Notes under the pieces: generated by a model
Told to the model about the DNA's origin: nothing
Database searches by the model: none
The model's input: only the letters and a program-made list of their open reading frames with translations
Shown here: positions 19,558 to 27,781 of the stretch, in pieces
Position numbering within the stretch: position 1 is the stretch's first letter
Layout: every line of letters begins with the position of its first letter
Translations under genes and position numbers: made by a program
DNA from: a virus
Taxonomy: Duplodnaviria; Caudoviricetes
Reading direction: 5' to 3' (one strand)
IMG/VR virus record: IMGVR_UViG_3300042358_000005
Location: 54,935 to 118,934 of that record
Length of the DNA stretch: 64,000 nt

Positions 19558-19763
19558 ATGTAGAAAAGAAAAGACACATAGCAAAAACTGTAAGCTATAG
19601 ACTAATAAGTACATTGATTGGATTTGCACTTATGTTAGTTATAACAGGATCAGTAAAGATGGGAGCTGCATTTGGTGTAGCAGAATTACTCTACAAACCT
19701 ATACAATATTATATACATGAAAGAATATGGTATCGCTGGATTAAATATGGATTAATAAAATAA
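19554..19763 (+). CDS. DUF2061-like small membrane protein
   Basis: RHIAKTVSYR...YYIHERIW signature. Confidence 0.8.
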   Translation: MNVEKKRHIAKTVSYRLISTLIGFALMLVITGSVKMGAAFGVAELLYKPIQYYIHERIWYRWIKYGLIK

Positions 19764-19790
19764 AAAAAACCCTCTATATGAGGGTTTTTA
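19763..19790. terminator. Bidirectional terminator between convergent genes
   Basis: AAAAAACCCTC-TATAT-GAGGGTTTTTT. Confidence 0.8.
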
Positions 19791-22700
19791 TTTGGTCTAT
19801 CACCATTTGTGGTGTTATACTCTTCTGACATTCGAACTGTCTCTCTGTACCTTCATGCACTGGACACCAATTATAATTTCCTTTATCAAACTTATATTGT
19901 GGATCATTCCAACATCCATGACACACACTTGTATTCACTGGTCTTAAACATTCAAACTCGTGATGCTTATCAGTGAAGTTAGAGATCATTATCACTTCTT
20001 TACCAAGGCCCCAAGCTAACCAGCTAAGCCCACTAGATAGTCCTATAAAGAACTTGCTTTCATCAATAACACGCATAGTGTTAGTCATTGAGGTGTCAAG
20101 TAATCCTTGACAGTTGTCAAATGGATTCTTTTCTAATGATGTATTAATCACTTTATATCCTTGCTCATGCAAGTAGTTAATCACCTCTTGCCAAGCTTCT
20201 CTTGTCCAGAACTTACATCCTGCTGTACTATTAGTTGCAATAGTTATATACATACCTTGCTCATGTGATTTTTTATATGCAAGTCTTGGTTTGATTTCTT
20301 TATAAGGAAGACCTAGAATATTTGTAGCTGTCTGCTGTAATGGTATAGTGTTAGGAAGAACAGGTTCTTTGTTCTCATTATAGAACCAACCAATTTTGTA
20401 CATAGCATATATATTATTGACAGCTGTTCCTGGAGCTACAAACTCTAGCATTGGATATTCTTTTTCAAACAAGAAGTTTTTGAATGTACTAACAATCACT
20501 TCACAGTTGTGTAAACATCTAAACTCTTCTACATATGGTATCCAAGCTATTGTATCTCCTAAAGAAGAACTATCAAAAGCTATGTACACTCTTCTATTCT
20601 CTAGCTGTACGAACTTATCGTATACTTTCTCTCCATCTTTATACACAACGGTTCTCCACTTAGTATAATACTCTCTAGCAAGTTTTATCCAGTGGTTACA
20701 TTTGATTACATCGCTATGAACTAATTGCTCACCATCATAAAACTCTACACGAAAGTCACTAGTAGATGTACCAGTTATCTCTAAGAATGGTTGTCCAACA
20801 AAGTTTTGTGTTATATTATAATCTTTTATCTCATTTTTGTGTGGAATAACAGACATTACATTTTTATACAGGTTTGCATGAATTTTTCCGAAAACTTCAG
20901 ACGTATTATCTGTAGGAACATCATATTTCATTAGTAGTCCCAGTATTGGAGAGTTTAAATCTACACTCTCTGCTATATAATTAGTATACATATCTTTATA
21001 TTGTGGAAGATTTTTAGCTATTATAGGTAGGCCATAACTTACAGCTTCTTTAAGTACAATAGGATTACATTCCCATGTGCTGTTAAACATAAACACATCA
21101 GCAGCTAACATAAAATGATGAATATCATTTCGTTCTCCCCATATCTTTACATTAAAAGGTAGATCTTTCATAAGAGGTTCCCAGTAGTCTTTGAAGTTAC
21201 CAGCTTGGTTACCTATGAAGTGAAACATCACCTTAGGATATTTACGAGCAATAGCTAATCCTTCAGCTTGATTCTTACCAGGAGTCCAAAGTCCTACATT
21301 TATAACATGTCTACCACCAAGGCTCATACCTAAAAGTTCTTTATACTGTCTCTTTAATGTCTTAGATACTGGTTCTTTGTCTATAGGATATTCAATCACT
21401 TCTTTATATCCATCAAGACTGGCAAATGTATCTACATGATAGGGAGTACAGAATGCATATGCATCTGGTGTAAACATCTTAGTCTCTGGTACAAAAGATA
21501 CATCATGACATGTTTCTACTATTCTATACTTTCTACTAGGAGAATATAGTTTAGTGATCATCTCTCTATCCATTCTCTCAGACATTTCATCTATATGGAT
21601 AACATCTGGTTGCCATCCATCTATTATATCAAACAGTTTCATTTTATCTTCCCATAGTGTATGGAAGTGTGGATCTACAATATCCATGATTTGATTTCTT
21701 TGTACAACATAATCAATACCATGACATTGATATTCTACAACAAAAATCTCTATATCTGTATTAGCTTGTAATGCCTCTATTCTTTTAAGAAGAAACTGAG
21801 GCATACCACCTGTAGATAGATGAGGTGCAAGGAACATCACTCTCATAGGTTTAGACATCTTAGACATCATTTTAGACATTGCTATAGGATCTTTCTCTCC
21901 ATGTAAGAAGAATAAGTCTTGCTCACTAACTGGTAACTTAAACCATGATTCTATATACTTGCCCCAATTGTCTTCTTCATATATCTTATCTAACTTATCA
22001 AGGCCAGCATTAGTATATATATAAGGAAGACCTTCTAAGAATCTATGTTTCCATAATAATACATTCACTATTGTCTCTTCGTGATAAGGAGCATAATATT
22101 GAGGATTCTTTAACACCTCTGGGTGATTACACATCCAACTCCATTCATCTAAAAATGGTATACTGTTATGACCAGCTACAAAGTAACCAGTTTGTCTATA
22201 CTTATCTCTAATGTTTTGATGTACACCAAACAACTGGCATGCTGGATATTCTAATGTCTTAACTAGTTCAGTGCTTCCTCTTCCATTAATAAATAGATAG
22301 TCATATATACCCTCTGTGAAATACGGAAATTCCGAATTTATAGGATGATAGTTGAATATTCTATCTACATACTTAGTAGCTATAGAATCAGAATCTACAT
22401 AACATACTCTCTTAGCAAAGTTCTCAAGAGCATGTTTAACTACAAGAGGTCTTTGTATTAATAGATTGTATATTCTAGAATCAGTTCTATCTATATAAGT
22501 GTTCTTAGGTAAGTCTTCAATATCAGATTGCCAATATATAGTCTTTGCTCCAGGAACCTCACTGTGACAATCTAACATGTATACTAAAACAGGAATCTTA
22601 CTCATCTTGTTAAGACTTTCTACAGCAGCACATACAACACTGTAATAAGATGCATTTGCATATAATACGTACATTTTCTCCTCTTTTATACGTGTATGCG

Positions 22701-23187
22701 TATAATAGCCATAATATTGATTTCTATATATACAACTAAGTTCAGGATATCTTTCACCCATTATAGGATGTGTAAGGTCTGGTTGGTGATGAGTTTCATG
22801 TATATTCCCCTCATGTTCTCCTTGTTCCATTTCATATGGAATAGCCACCATACATTCTTTAGTGGATACAATGTTTCTGATTAACTTTACAGCATCATCT
22901 GTAGGAATATGTTCTAACACATCTCCCATGATTATAAAGTCATAATCACTAGTATCAAATGTGGTGATATCTCCTACATAAACATTATCATATTTAGCTC
23001 TAAGTCCATACTTTTCTATGTACGGTTCATAGATTTCTACAGCATCAATTCTATATCCTAATGAACGTAATAATTCTGAATAAGTCCCTATTCCAGGGCC
23101 TACATCTAGTATTCTTTTACTAGTTGGAACGTTTTGAATGAACCATTCTTTCACTTCTTCTTTGAAGTAGGTAAAACTGTAAGGCAT
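19774..23187 (-). CDS. Four-domain fusion: SAM methyltransferase + GT-A glycosyltransferase + GT4 glycosyltransferase + Aah/TibC-like autotransporter O-heptosyltransferase
   Basis: ILDVGPGIG...DVLEH; YVDSD; PHLSTGGMP...KNQ...ECNP...EAVSYG; SLGDTIAW...FIGLSSGLSWLAW...CHGCWN...WCP...FECQKSI (iron-finger Cys pattern). Confidence 0.85.
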   Translation of the reverse strand: MPYSFTYFKEEVKEWFIQNVPTSKRILDVGPGIGTYSELLRSLGYRIDAVEIYEPYIEKYGLRAKYDNVYVGDITTFDTSDYDFIIMGDVLEHIPTDDAVKLIRNIVSTKECMVAIPYEMEQGEHEGNIHETHHQPDLTHPIMGERYPELSCIYRNQYYGYYTHTRIKEEKMYVLYANASYYSVVCAAVESLNKMSKIPVLVYMLDCHSEVPGAKTIYWQSDIEDLPKNTYIDRTDSRIYNLLIQRPLVVKHALENFAKRVCYVDSDSIATKYVDRIFNYHPINSEFPYFTEGIYDYLFINGRGSTELVKTLEYPACQLFGVHQNIRDKYRQTGYFVAGHNSIPFLDEWSWMCNHPEVLKNPQYYAPYHEETIVNVLLWKHRFLEGLPYIYTNAGLDKLDKIYEEDNWGKYIESWFKLPVSEQDLFFLHGEKDPIAMSKMMSKMSKPMRVMFLAPHLSTGGMPQFLLKRIEALQANTDIEIFVVEYQCHGIDYVVQRNQIMDIVDPHFHTLWEDKMKLFDIIDGWQPDVIHIDEMSERMDREMITKLYSPSRKYRIVETCHDVSFVPETKMFTPDAYAFCTPYHVDTFASLDGYKEVIEYPIDKEPVSKTLKRQYKELLGMSLGGRHVINVGLWTPGKNQAEGLAIARKYPKVMFHFIGNQAGNFKDYWEPLMKDLPFNVKIWGERNDIHHFMLAADVFMFNSTWECNPIVLKEAVSYGLPIIAKNLPQYKDMYTNYIAESVDLNSPILGLLMKYDVPTDNTSEVFGKIHANLYKNVMSVIPHKNEIKDYNITQNFVGQPFLEITGTSTSDFRVEFYDGEQLVHSDVIKCNHWIKLAREYYTKWRTVVYKDGEKVYDKFVQLENRRVYIAFDSSSLGDTIAWIPYVEEFRCLHNCEVIVSTFKNFLFEKEYPMLEFVAPGTAVNNIYAMYKIGWFYNENKEPVLPNTIPLQQTATNILGLPYKEIKPRLAYKKSHEQGMYITIATNSTAGCKFWTREAWQEVINYLHEQGYKVINTSLEKNPFDNCQGLLDTSMTNTMRVIDESKFFIGLSSGLSWLAWGLGKEVIMISNFTDKHHEFECLRPVNTSVCHGCWNDPQYKFDKGNYNWCPVHEGTERQFECQKSITPQMVIDQIKTLI

Positions 23188-23206
23188 AGTGTTGATTTTA
23201 GAAATT

Positions 23207-23214
23207 CAAATGTA
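23207..23214 (-). promoter_or_regulatory. -7 promoter element TACATTTG for the inverted glycosyltransferase fusion
   Basis: caaatgta on the + strand, 20 nt upstream of the - strand ATG. Confidence 0.55.
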
Positions 23215-23235
23215 CAAAAAATATATTTATCTTAT

Positions 23236-23300
23236 GCTATATTATGATGAAAATCTATTTCATACCCTTCGTTATTCCAAATATAAATTTTATATTTGCT
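23236..23300 (+). promoter_or_regulatory. Putative late promoter for the lysis block (GCTATATTAT...TATATTTG)
   Basis: Same motif pair and 59-nt spacing as at 9196-9260. Confidence 0.5.
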
Positions 23301-23385
23301 ATATATAAAATGGTACAATCATTGCATCATTGCACTTACCATCTTAAAGTGTATAACTATGCTATAATAACACCCACACTCCCTT

Positions 23386-23706
23386 ATGGAAAACGCATTT
23401 GAACAACAAGTAGAAAAAGAATTAAAAAGCATGGATCAACGACTATATGATCTAGAGGAGAAGATGACTTCTATAGACACTAAACTAACACAAGTTGTAG
23501 ACGCTATCTTAGGTAATGCACTAACAAAAACAGGGGGATTTATTGCTGACTTAACTGAGCTAAAGGCCAAGATAAAAGATTTAGAAGATAAGATACAGAA
23601 ACAAGAAGAGTTCAAAAAGAAATTTACTTGGACCGTAGGTATCATATTAGGTATTGGTGTACTACTTCAATACCTATCTACACTTTATAGAAATATAACA
23701 ACATGA
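23386..23706 (+). CDS. Coiled-coil protein with C-terminal TM helix (holin/antiholin-like)
   Basis: Heptad-rich body, hydrophobic WTVGIILGIGVLL, and position in the lysis block. Confidence 0.55.
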   Translation: MENAFEQQVEKELKSMDQRLYDLEEKMTSIDTKLTQVVDAILGNALTKTGGFIADLTELKAKIKDLEDKIQKQEEFKKKFTWTVGIILGIGVLLQYLSTLYRNITT

Positions 23707-23906
23707 GTACAAAAGAGAAGGTTGATATTTTTTTAAACAAATGGGTAAGCAGAAAGCTTACAGTGTTTGCTGTAGGTTCTGTTGGCCTTTTCTCTGGAAA
23801 ATTAACATCATCTGATTGGGTTATAATTGCAGCAACATATATTGCTATTGAAGGAGCAACAACTATTGTAGAAAAATTAATGAAAGCTAGAGGAGGTATA
23901 TCATGA
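23703..23906 (+). CDS. Putative holin
   Basis: 67 aa, two hydrophobic segments, SRKL motif, coupled to the endolysin. Confidence 0.65.
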   Translation: MSTKEKVDIFLNKWVSRKLTVFAVGSVGLFSGKLTSSDWVIIAATYIAIEGATTIVEKLMKARGGIS

Positions 23907-24298
23907 TATTAGAACTTAAAAGAAAGATATTCACAGATGATTCCACAATAGGAGAAATATCTATTGATGGTGTATTTATATGTTATACATTAGAGGATAA
24001 AGTGAGAGAGACTAAGATAAAGAACATAACAGCTATCCCTTATGGAAAATATGAATTAGCAGTTACATTCTCTAATCGTTTTAAACAGTACATGCCTCTA
24101 TTACTTAATGTACCAGGATTTGAAGGTGTACGTATACACAGTGGTAATAAATCTACTGAAACAGAAGGATGTATTCTTGTAGGTGGTACTAGATCATTAA
24201 ACTTTATTGGCAAGTCTAGAGTGACATATAAAGCTTTATTTGATAAGATAAAGAGTGCAAAAAAAACAGAGAAGGTCTTTTTAAACATTACGCAATAA
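23903..24298 (+). CDS. Putative endolysin, DUF5675 (L,D-transpeptidase-like fold)
   Basis: STIGE...CYTLED...TAIPYGKY...IHSGN...TEGCILVG. Confidence 0.8.
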   Translation: MILELKRKIFTDDSTIGEISIDGVFICYTLEDKVRETKIKNITAIPYGKYELAVTFSNRFKQYMPLLLNVPGFEGVRIHSGNKSTETEGCILVGGTRSLNFIGKSRVTYKALFDKIKSAKKTEKVFLNITQ

Positions 24299-24612
24299 TG
24301 ATACAATATTTAAAAGATCAGTACTTGGCGGTGATCATCACCGTTATCTGGCTATTCTTTACACTACATACTCAACAAAAGACTGCTCTTCTATTAGAAC
24401 AAACTAAGAAATTAGAAGCTAAAATATTAGTTCTTGAAGAAAAAGATCATGAGTCTAGTATAATTATTGATAGCTTATCTAGAGTGGATACACTCATAGT
24501 TAATAGAATCAAAATCATCAAACAAAAAGAATATGTACAAATTAGGATTATTGATAGTTTGCCTGTTAGTGGGCTTCAAAAGTACTTCACAGATCGTTAC
24601 TCAGAAAAATGA
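24298..24612 (+). CDS. Putative inner-membrane spanin-like protein
   Basis: N-terminal TM segment plus coiled coil, immediately after the endolysin. Confidence 0.55.
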   Translation: MIQYLKDQYLAVIITVIWLFFTLHTQQKTALLLEQTKKLEAKILVLEEKDHESSIIIDSLSRVDTLIVNRIKIIKQKEYVQIRIIDSLPVSGLQKYFTDRYSEK

Positions 24613-25009
24613 TTCTATCGTTACCCTTAGTGAAACTGTTTCTAGGAAGGTTGTTTCTGATCTTGTACGTTATGATTTTGCTAAGAATATTATCAAAGAG
24701 CAAGAGATAAGAATAAAGAACTACCAGAACAAAGAGATTGAGTTTAAGAACAAACTAGATATAAAAGATTCCATCATATTCTATCAGAAGAGTATTATTG
24801 ATATTCATAAAGAGATTATCAAGAGTAAAAAACCTTTAGAGATACATGGATATGTAGGTGTACAATCAATTCAATTCAAATTGGTAGAACCTATATTATA
24901 TACAAACTTAATGTTTGAGTTTCCTAAGTTCAGTATAGGAGCTCAATACTACGTACAACCTAACAATCCTAGTGGATATGGGATTGTTCTAGAATATAAC
25001 TTATTTTAA
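24533..25009 (+). CDS. Putative outer-membrane spanin-like protein
   Basis: Signal peptide, coiled coil and C-terminal amphipathic beta strands ending in F; overlaps the previous gene. Confidence 0.5.
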   Translation: MYKLGLLIVCLLVGFKSTSQIVTQKNDSIVTLSETVSRKVVSDLVRYDFAKNIIKEQEIRIKNYQNKEIEFKNKLDIKDSIIFYQKSIIDIHKEIIKSKKPLEIHGYVGVQSIQFKLVEPILYTNLMFEFPKFSIGAQYYVQPNNPSGYGIVLEYNLF

Positions 25010-25010
25010 C

Positions 25011-25145
25011 ATGGCAAAACAAACCAACTCTTCAGAAAAAGAAGTAAAAATTAAAGTGAGCAGACCTGGTGTGCATGCTAAAGCTCAGACATCTAAACTT
25101 AAATCTTCTAAGAATTACAAGAAGCTTTATAATGGACAAGGATAA
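25011..25145 (+). CDS. Small basic protein (44 aa, ends KKLYNGQG); absent from ORF track
   Basis: MAKQTNSSEKEVKIKVSRPGVHAKAQTSKLKSSKNYKKLYNGQG fills the gap between neighbouring genes. Confidence 0.6.
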   Translation: MAKQTNSSEKEVKIKVSRPGVHAKAQTSKLKSSKNYKKLYNGQG

Positions 25146-25146
25146 A

Positions 25147-25296
25147 ATGGATTGGGAATTAACATTCGCTCTCTATTGGCCTCACGATAGATTTGCTATA
25201 GGATGGGATATCCTACATGCTGATGAAACATATAATTACAGCACATACATATTGTATTTAGGAATACTTACAATAACATTAGACATAAATAATTAA
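25147..25296 (+). CDS. Small hypothetical protein
   Basis: MDWELTFALYWPHDRF...; start reassigned to follow the previous stop. Confidence 0.5.
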   Translation: MDWELTFALYWPHDRFAIGWDILHADETYNYSTYILYLGILTITLDINN

Positions 25297-25404
25297 TCTA
25301 GTTAGACTTGCTCTAACTATTTTTGTTATTTTATTTTGGTGAAAATCAGATACTAATGGTGAAAAAAACTTATTTTTGTATATTAATTAATAAAATTTAA
25401 AATC

Positions 25405-25572
25405 ATGGCAATACCATCAAGAGGAATAGGCTGGAGTACTACAGATAACCTATTATGGCAGATATCTAAGCAATTAGAACGTCTTATTAGTGTTACAGGT
25501 GCTGGAAACACGTACACTACAACTACTACTACTACTGTAGCACCTACTACCACTACCACTACAACAGTGTAA
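25405..25572 (+). CDS. 55-aa protein with mucin-like poly-Thr tail; absent from ORF track
   Basis: MAIPSRGIGWSTTDNLLWQISKQLERLISVTGAGNTYTTTTTTTVAPTTTTTTTV, preceded by a TATTTTTG element at 25371. Confidence 0.8.
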   Translation: MAIPSRGIGWSTTDNLLWQISKQLERLISVTGAGNTYTTTTTTTVAPTTTTTTTV

Positions 25573-25598
25573 AGAATTAAAACAAAACCAACTACATT

Positions 25599-26615
25599 AT
25601 GAAAGATTTAAAATTTATCCAGGCTTGTCCTAGTGATATTTATTACACATGGCAAGTGCACATGTGGTTAGAGAGCTTAAGAGAGATAGGTCATTCTGAC
25701 AAAGCTATATCAGTAATCTTCACTCCTAAAGGGAGAGAGAATAAAGACAAGTGGAAACAGATAGAAGATCTATATCCAGAAGCAGAGTTTCATTACTATG
25801 CTGATGAGGATAATTTAAATCGATTGTTAGGAATTTATATTCCTGTACTTAGACCATATGTTCTTTGGAAACATTTTAAAGCACATCCAGAACTAAGTGA
25901 AAAAGCTATCTTCTATTGTGACTCTGATATTCTTTTCATGAAGGATTTCAATCTAGATAAGTTCTTAGAAGATGATGTTAACTACTTATCTGATACAAAC
26001 AGCTATATCAATGCTAAATATTTTGATAGCAAGGTGCACCAAGTGTTACCAGAGAAGCTAGAAGAATATAAGAATAGGGATATCCTTGCAGAGATTGCAA
26101 GTGTGGTAGGAATAAGTAGAGAAGTGTGCGAAGCTAATAATGATCATTCAGGAGGAGCTCAATATCTATTAAAAAATGTAGATGGTGACTTCTGGAGTAA
26201 GGTGATGAATGATTGTATTCTTATAAGAAGTTATTTACAAACTGTGAATAGAGAATTCTTTAAAGATGAGAACTCAGGGTTTCAAAGTTGGTGTGCAGAT
26301 ATGTGGGCTGTCTTATGGAACATCTGGTTAAGAGATCAAGAAACAAAAGTGGTGCCTGAATTAGCATTTGCTTGGGCTACAGATCCTCTTATTAAATTAG
26401 ATACACATACAATCTTTCATAATGCAGGAATAGTTTCTGAGACAGGAAATGGATACCCAGCTTTCTACAAAGGAAAGTATCACATGGGAACTGATCCAAC
26501 AAAAGATCCTAACTTAGATATGATTCTTAATGATGAGAATTCAAAAAAATATTGCACATGGTTCTATGCAAATAAATTAAATGAACTAAAACAAAAACAT
26601 AACCTAAACTATTAA
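25599..26615 (+). CDS. GT-A glycosyltransferase resembling peptidyl-Ser galactosyltransferase / Hyp arabinosyltransferase (GT96/GT95-like)
   Basis: YYTWQ...YIPVLRPY...IFYCDSDILF (DxD)...GGAQY...SWCADMWA...FHNAG motif order. Confidence 0.6.
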   Translation: MKDLKFIQACPSDIYYTWQVHMWLESLREIGHSDKAISVIFTPKGRENKDKWKQIEDLYPEAEFHYYADEDNLNRLLGIYIPVLRPYVLWKHFKAHPELSEKAIFYCDSDILFMKDFNLDKFLEDDVNYLSDTNSYINAKYFDSKVHQVLPEKLEEYKNRDILAEIASVVGISREVCEANNDHSGGAQYLLKNVDGDFWSKVMNDCILIRSYLQTVNREFFKDENSGFQSWCADMWAVLWNIWLRDQETKVVPELAFAWATDPLIKLDTHTIFHNAGIVSETGNGYPAFYKGKYHMGTDPTKDPNLDMILNDENSKKYCTWFYANKLNELKQKHNLNY

Positions 26616-26631
26616 CCCTAAATTTTAAACA

Positions 26632-26838
26632 ATGGGAAGCATTAATTCAAGACCTTTAAAGGCTTTTGTTAGATTCGATGGATCTGGCAGAATAGTTGCA
26701 GGAAGTTTGATTCTAAGAAAGAACAAACCTAAAGTTGGTAAATGGAAAGAGATTCCAGCATATGAGTGCTGTAATCCTACAACCACTTCAACCACCACTG
26801 CTGTATTAACAACAACAACAACCACCTCACCTAGATAA
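26632..26838 (+). CDS. Small protein with poly-Thr tail (paralog 1)
   Basis: LKAFVRFDGSGR...KPKVGKWKEI..ECCN followed by PTTTSTTTAVLTTTTTTSPR. Confidence 0.8.
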   Translation: MGSINSRPLKAFVRFDGSGRIVAGSLILRKNKPKVGKWKEIPAYECCNPTTTSTTTAVLTTTTTTSPR

Positions 26839-26840
26839 TC

Positions 26841-27062
26841 ATGGCAAGAAGTAATAACAATAATAAGCTTAAAGCTTTTGTACGTTTTGATGGTTCAGGA
26901 CGTGTAGTATCAAGTAGTTTAATTGTACAAGCATTTAAACCGAAGGTTGGTAATTGGAAAGAAATAGATGCTAAGGAATGTTGTAATTATGTTCCAACAA
27001 CAACAACTACCACTACAGTAGCACCAACAACTACAACCACCACTACAGTTACTCCAGGGTAA
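26841..27062 (+). CDS. Small protein with poly-Thr tail (paralog 2)
   Basis: Same head domain as paralog 1, followed by PTTTTTTTVAPTTTTTTTVTPG. Confidence 0.8.
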   Translation: MARSNNNNKLKAFVRFDGSGRVVSSSLIVQAFKPKVGNWKEIDAKECCNYVPTTTTTTTVAPTTTTTTTVTPG

Positions 27063-27079
27063 TTTAAAAACTAAATAAC

Positions 27080-27496
27080 ATGGCACTAAAATCACTATTT
27101 CCAGATGATATGATTAGCAAAGGGCCTAGTAGTGAGCTTTCATTAGATAGCATTGCTGCTAAGCTTACTTACTTTCATGAGCAACTACATTTGTTGCACT
27201 GGCAGACAAGCTCTTACGCAGAGCATATGGCACTAGGAGGATTGTACGATTATGTACATGATTTCAAAGATGGGTTGGTTGAGAAGATTATGGGATATAC
27301 AGGTAAAAGACCTGGAGCTTATAAGATAGAACCTCTTGGAGCAGCTAATGCTTCTTCTGTTGTTTCTGAGCTAATGAGCTTTGCTTCATCTCTAAAAGCA
27401 TATGGTGAGAAGAATAGCTTCCACGATGTATGTAATCTTGCAGACTCTCTATCAGGAGAAGCAGCTAAAACTAAATATCTTTTAACATTGTCATAA
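27080..27496 (+). CDS. Ferritin/Dps-like protein (DUF5856-like)
   Basis: QLHLLHWQT.SYAEH.ALG.LYD...D.LVE...KYLLTL. Confidence 0.75.
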   Translation: MALKSLFPDDMISKGPSSELSLDSIAAKLTYFHEQLHLLHWQTSSYAEHMALGGLYDYVHDFKDGLVEKIMGYTGKRPGAYKIEPLGAANASSVVSELMSFASSLKAYGEKNSFHDVCNLADSLSGEAAKTKYLLTLS

Positions 27497-27780
27497 TGGA
27501 GATAAACAGAAAACATTTTCCAAGAGTGATGCAAGATAATGATGAAACATTCCTTGCACATCTGGAAGGTGTTATTTCTTCTGTTGATGAACTTTGTAGC
27601 TTAGAGATAACAAAAAGTTTAGAATCATACAAATTTAGAATAGCTTGTAGCTTACCTAAATATAACAACATGTTAATAGAAGAGATTCTTAAGTTTTGTA
27701 ACATGTTTAGAATAAGACTTGACATGAGTAAGAGTATAAAAACATCAAGTGTAATAACATTTGAAATAAATCTAAATTAA
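27496..27780 (+). CDS. Hypothetical protein
   Basis: 94-aa ORF coupled to both neighbours. Confidence 0.65.
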   Translation: MEINRKHFPRVMQDNDETFLAHLEGVISSVDELCSLEITKSLESYKFRIACSLPKYNNMLIEEILKFCNMFRIRLDMSKSIKTSSVITFEINLN

Positions 27781-27781
27781 T

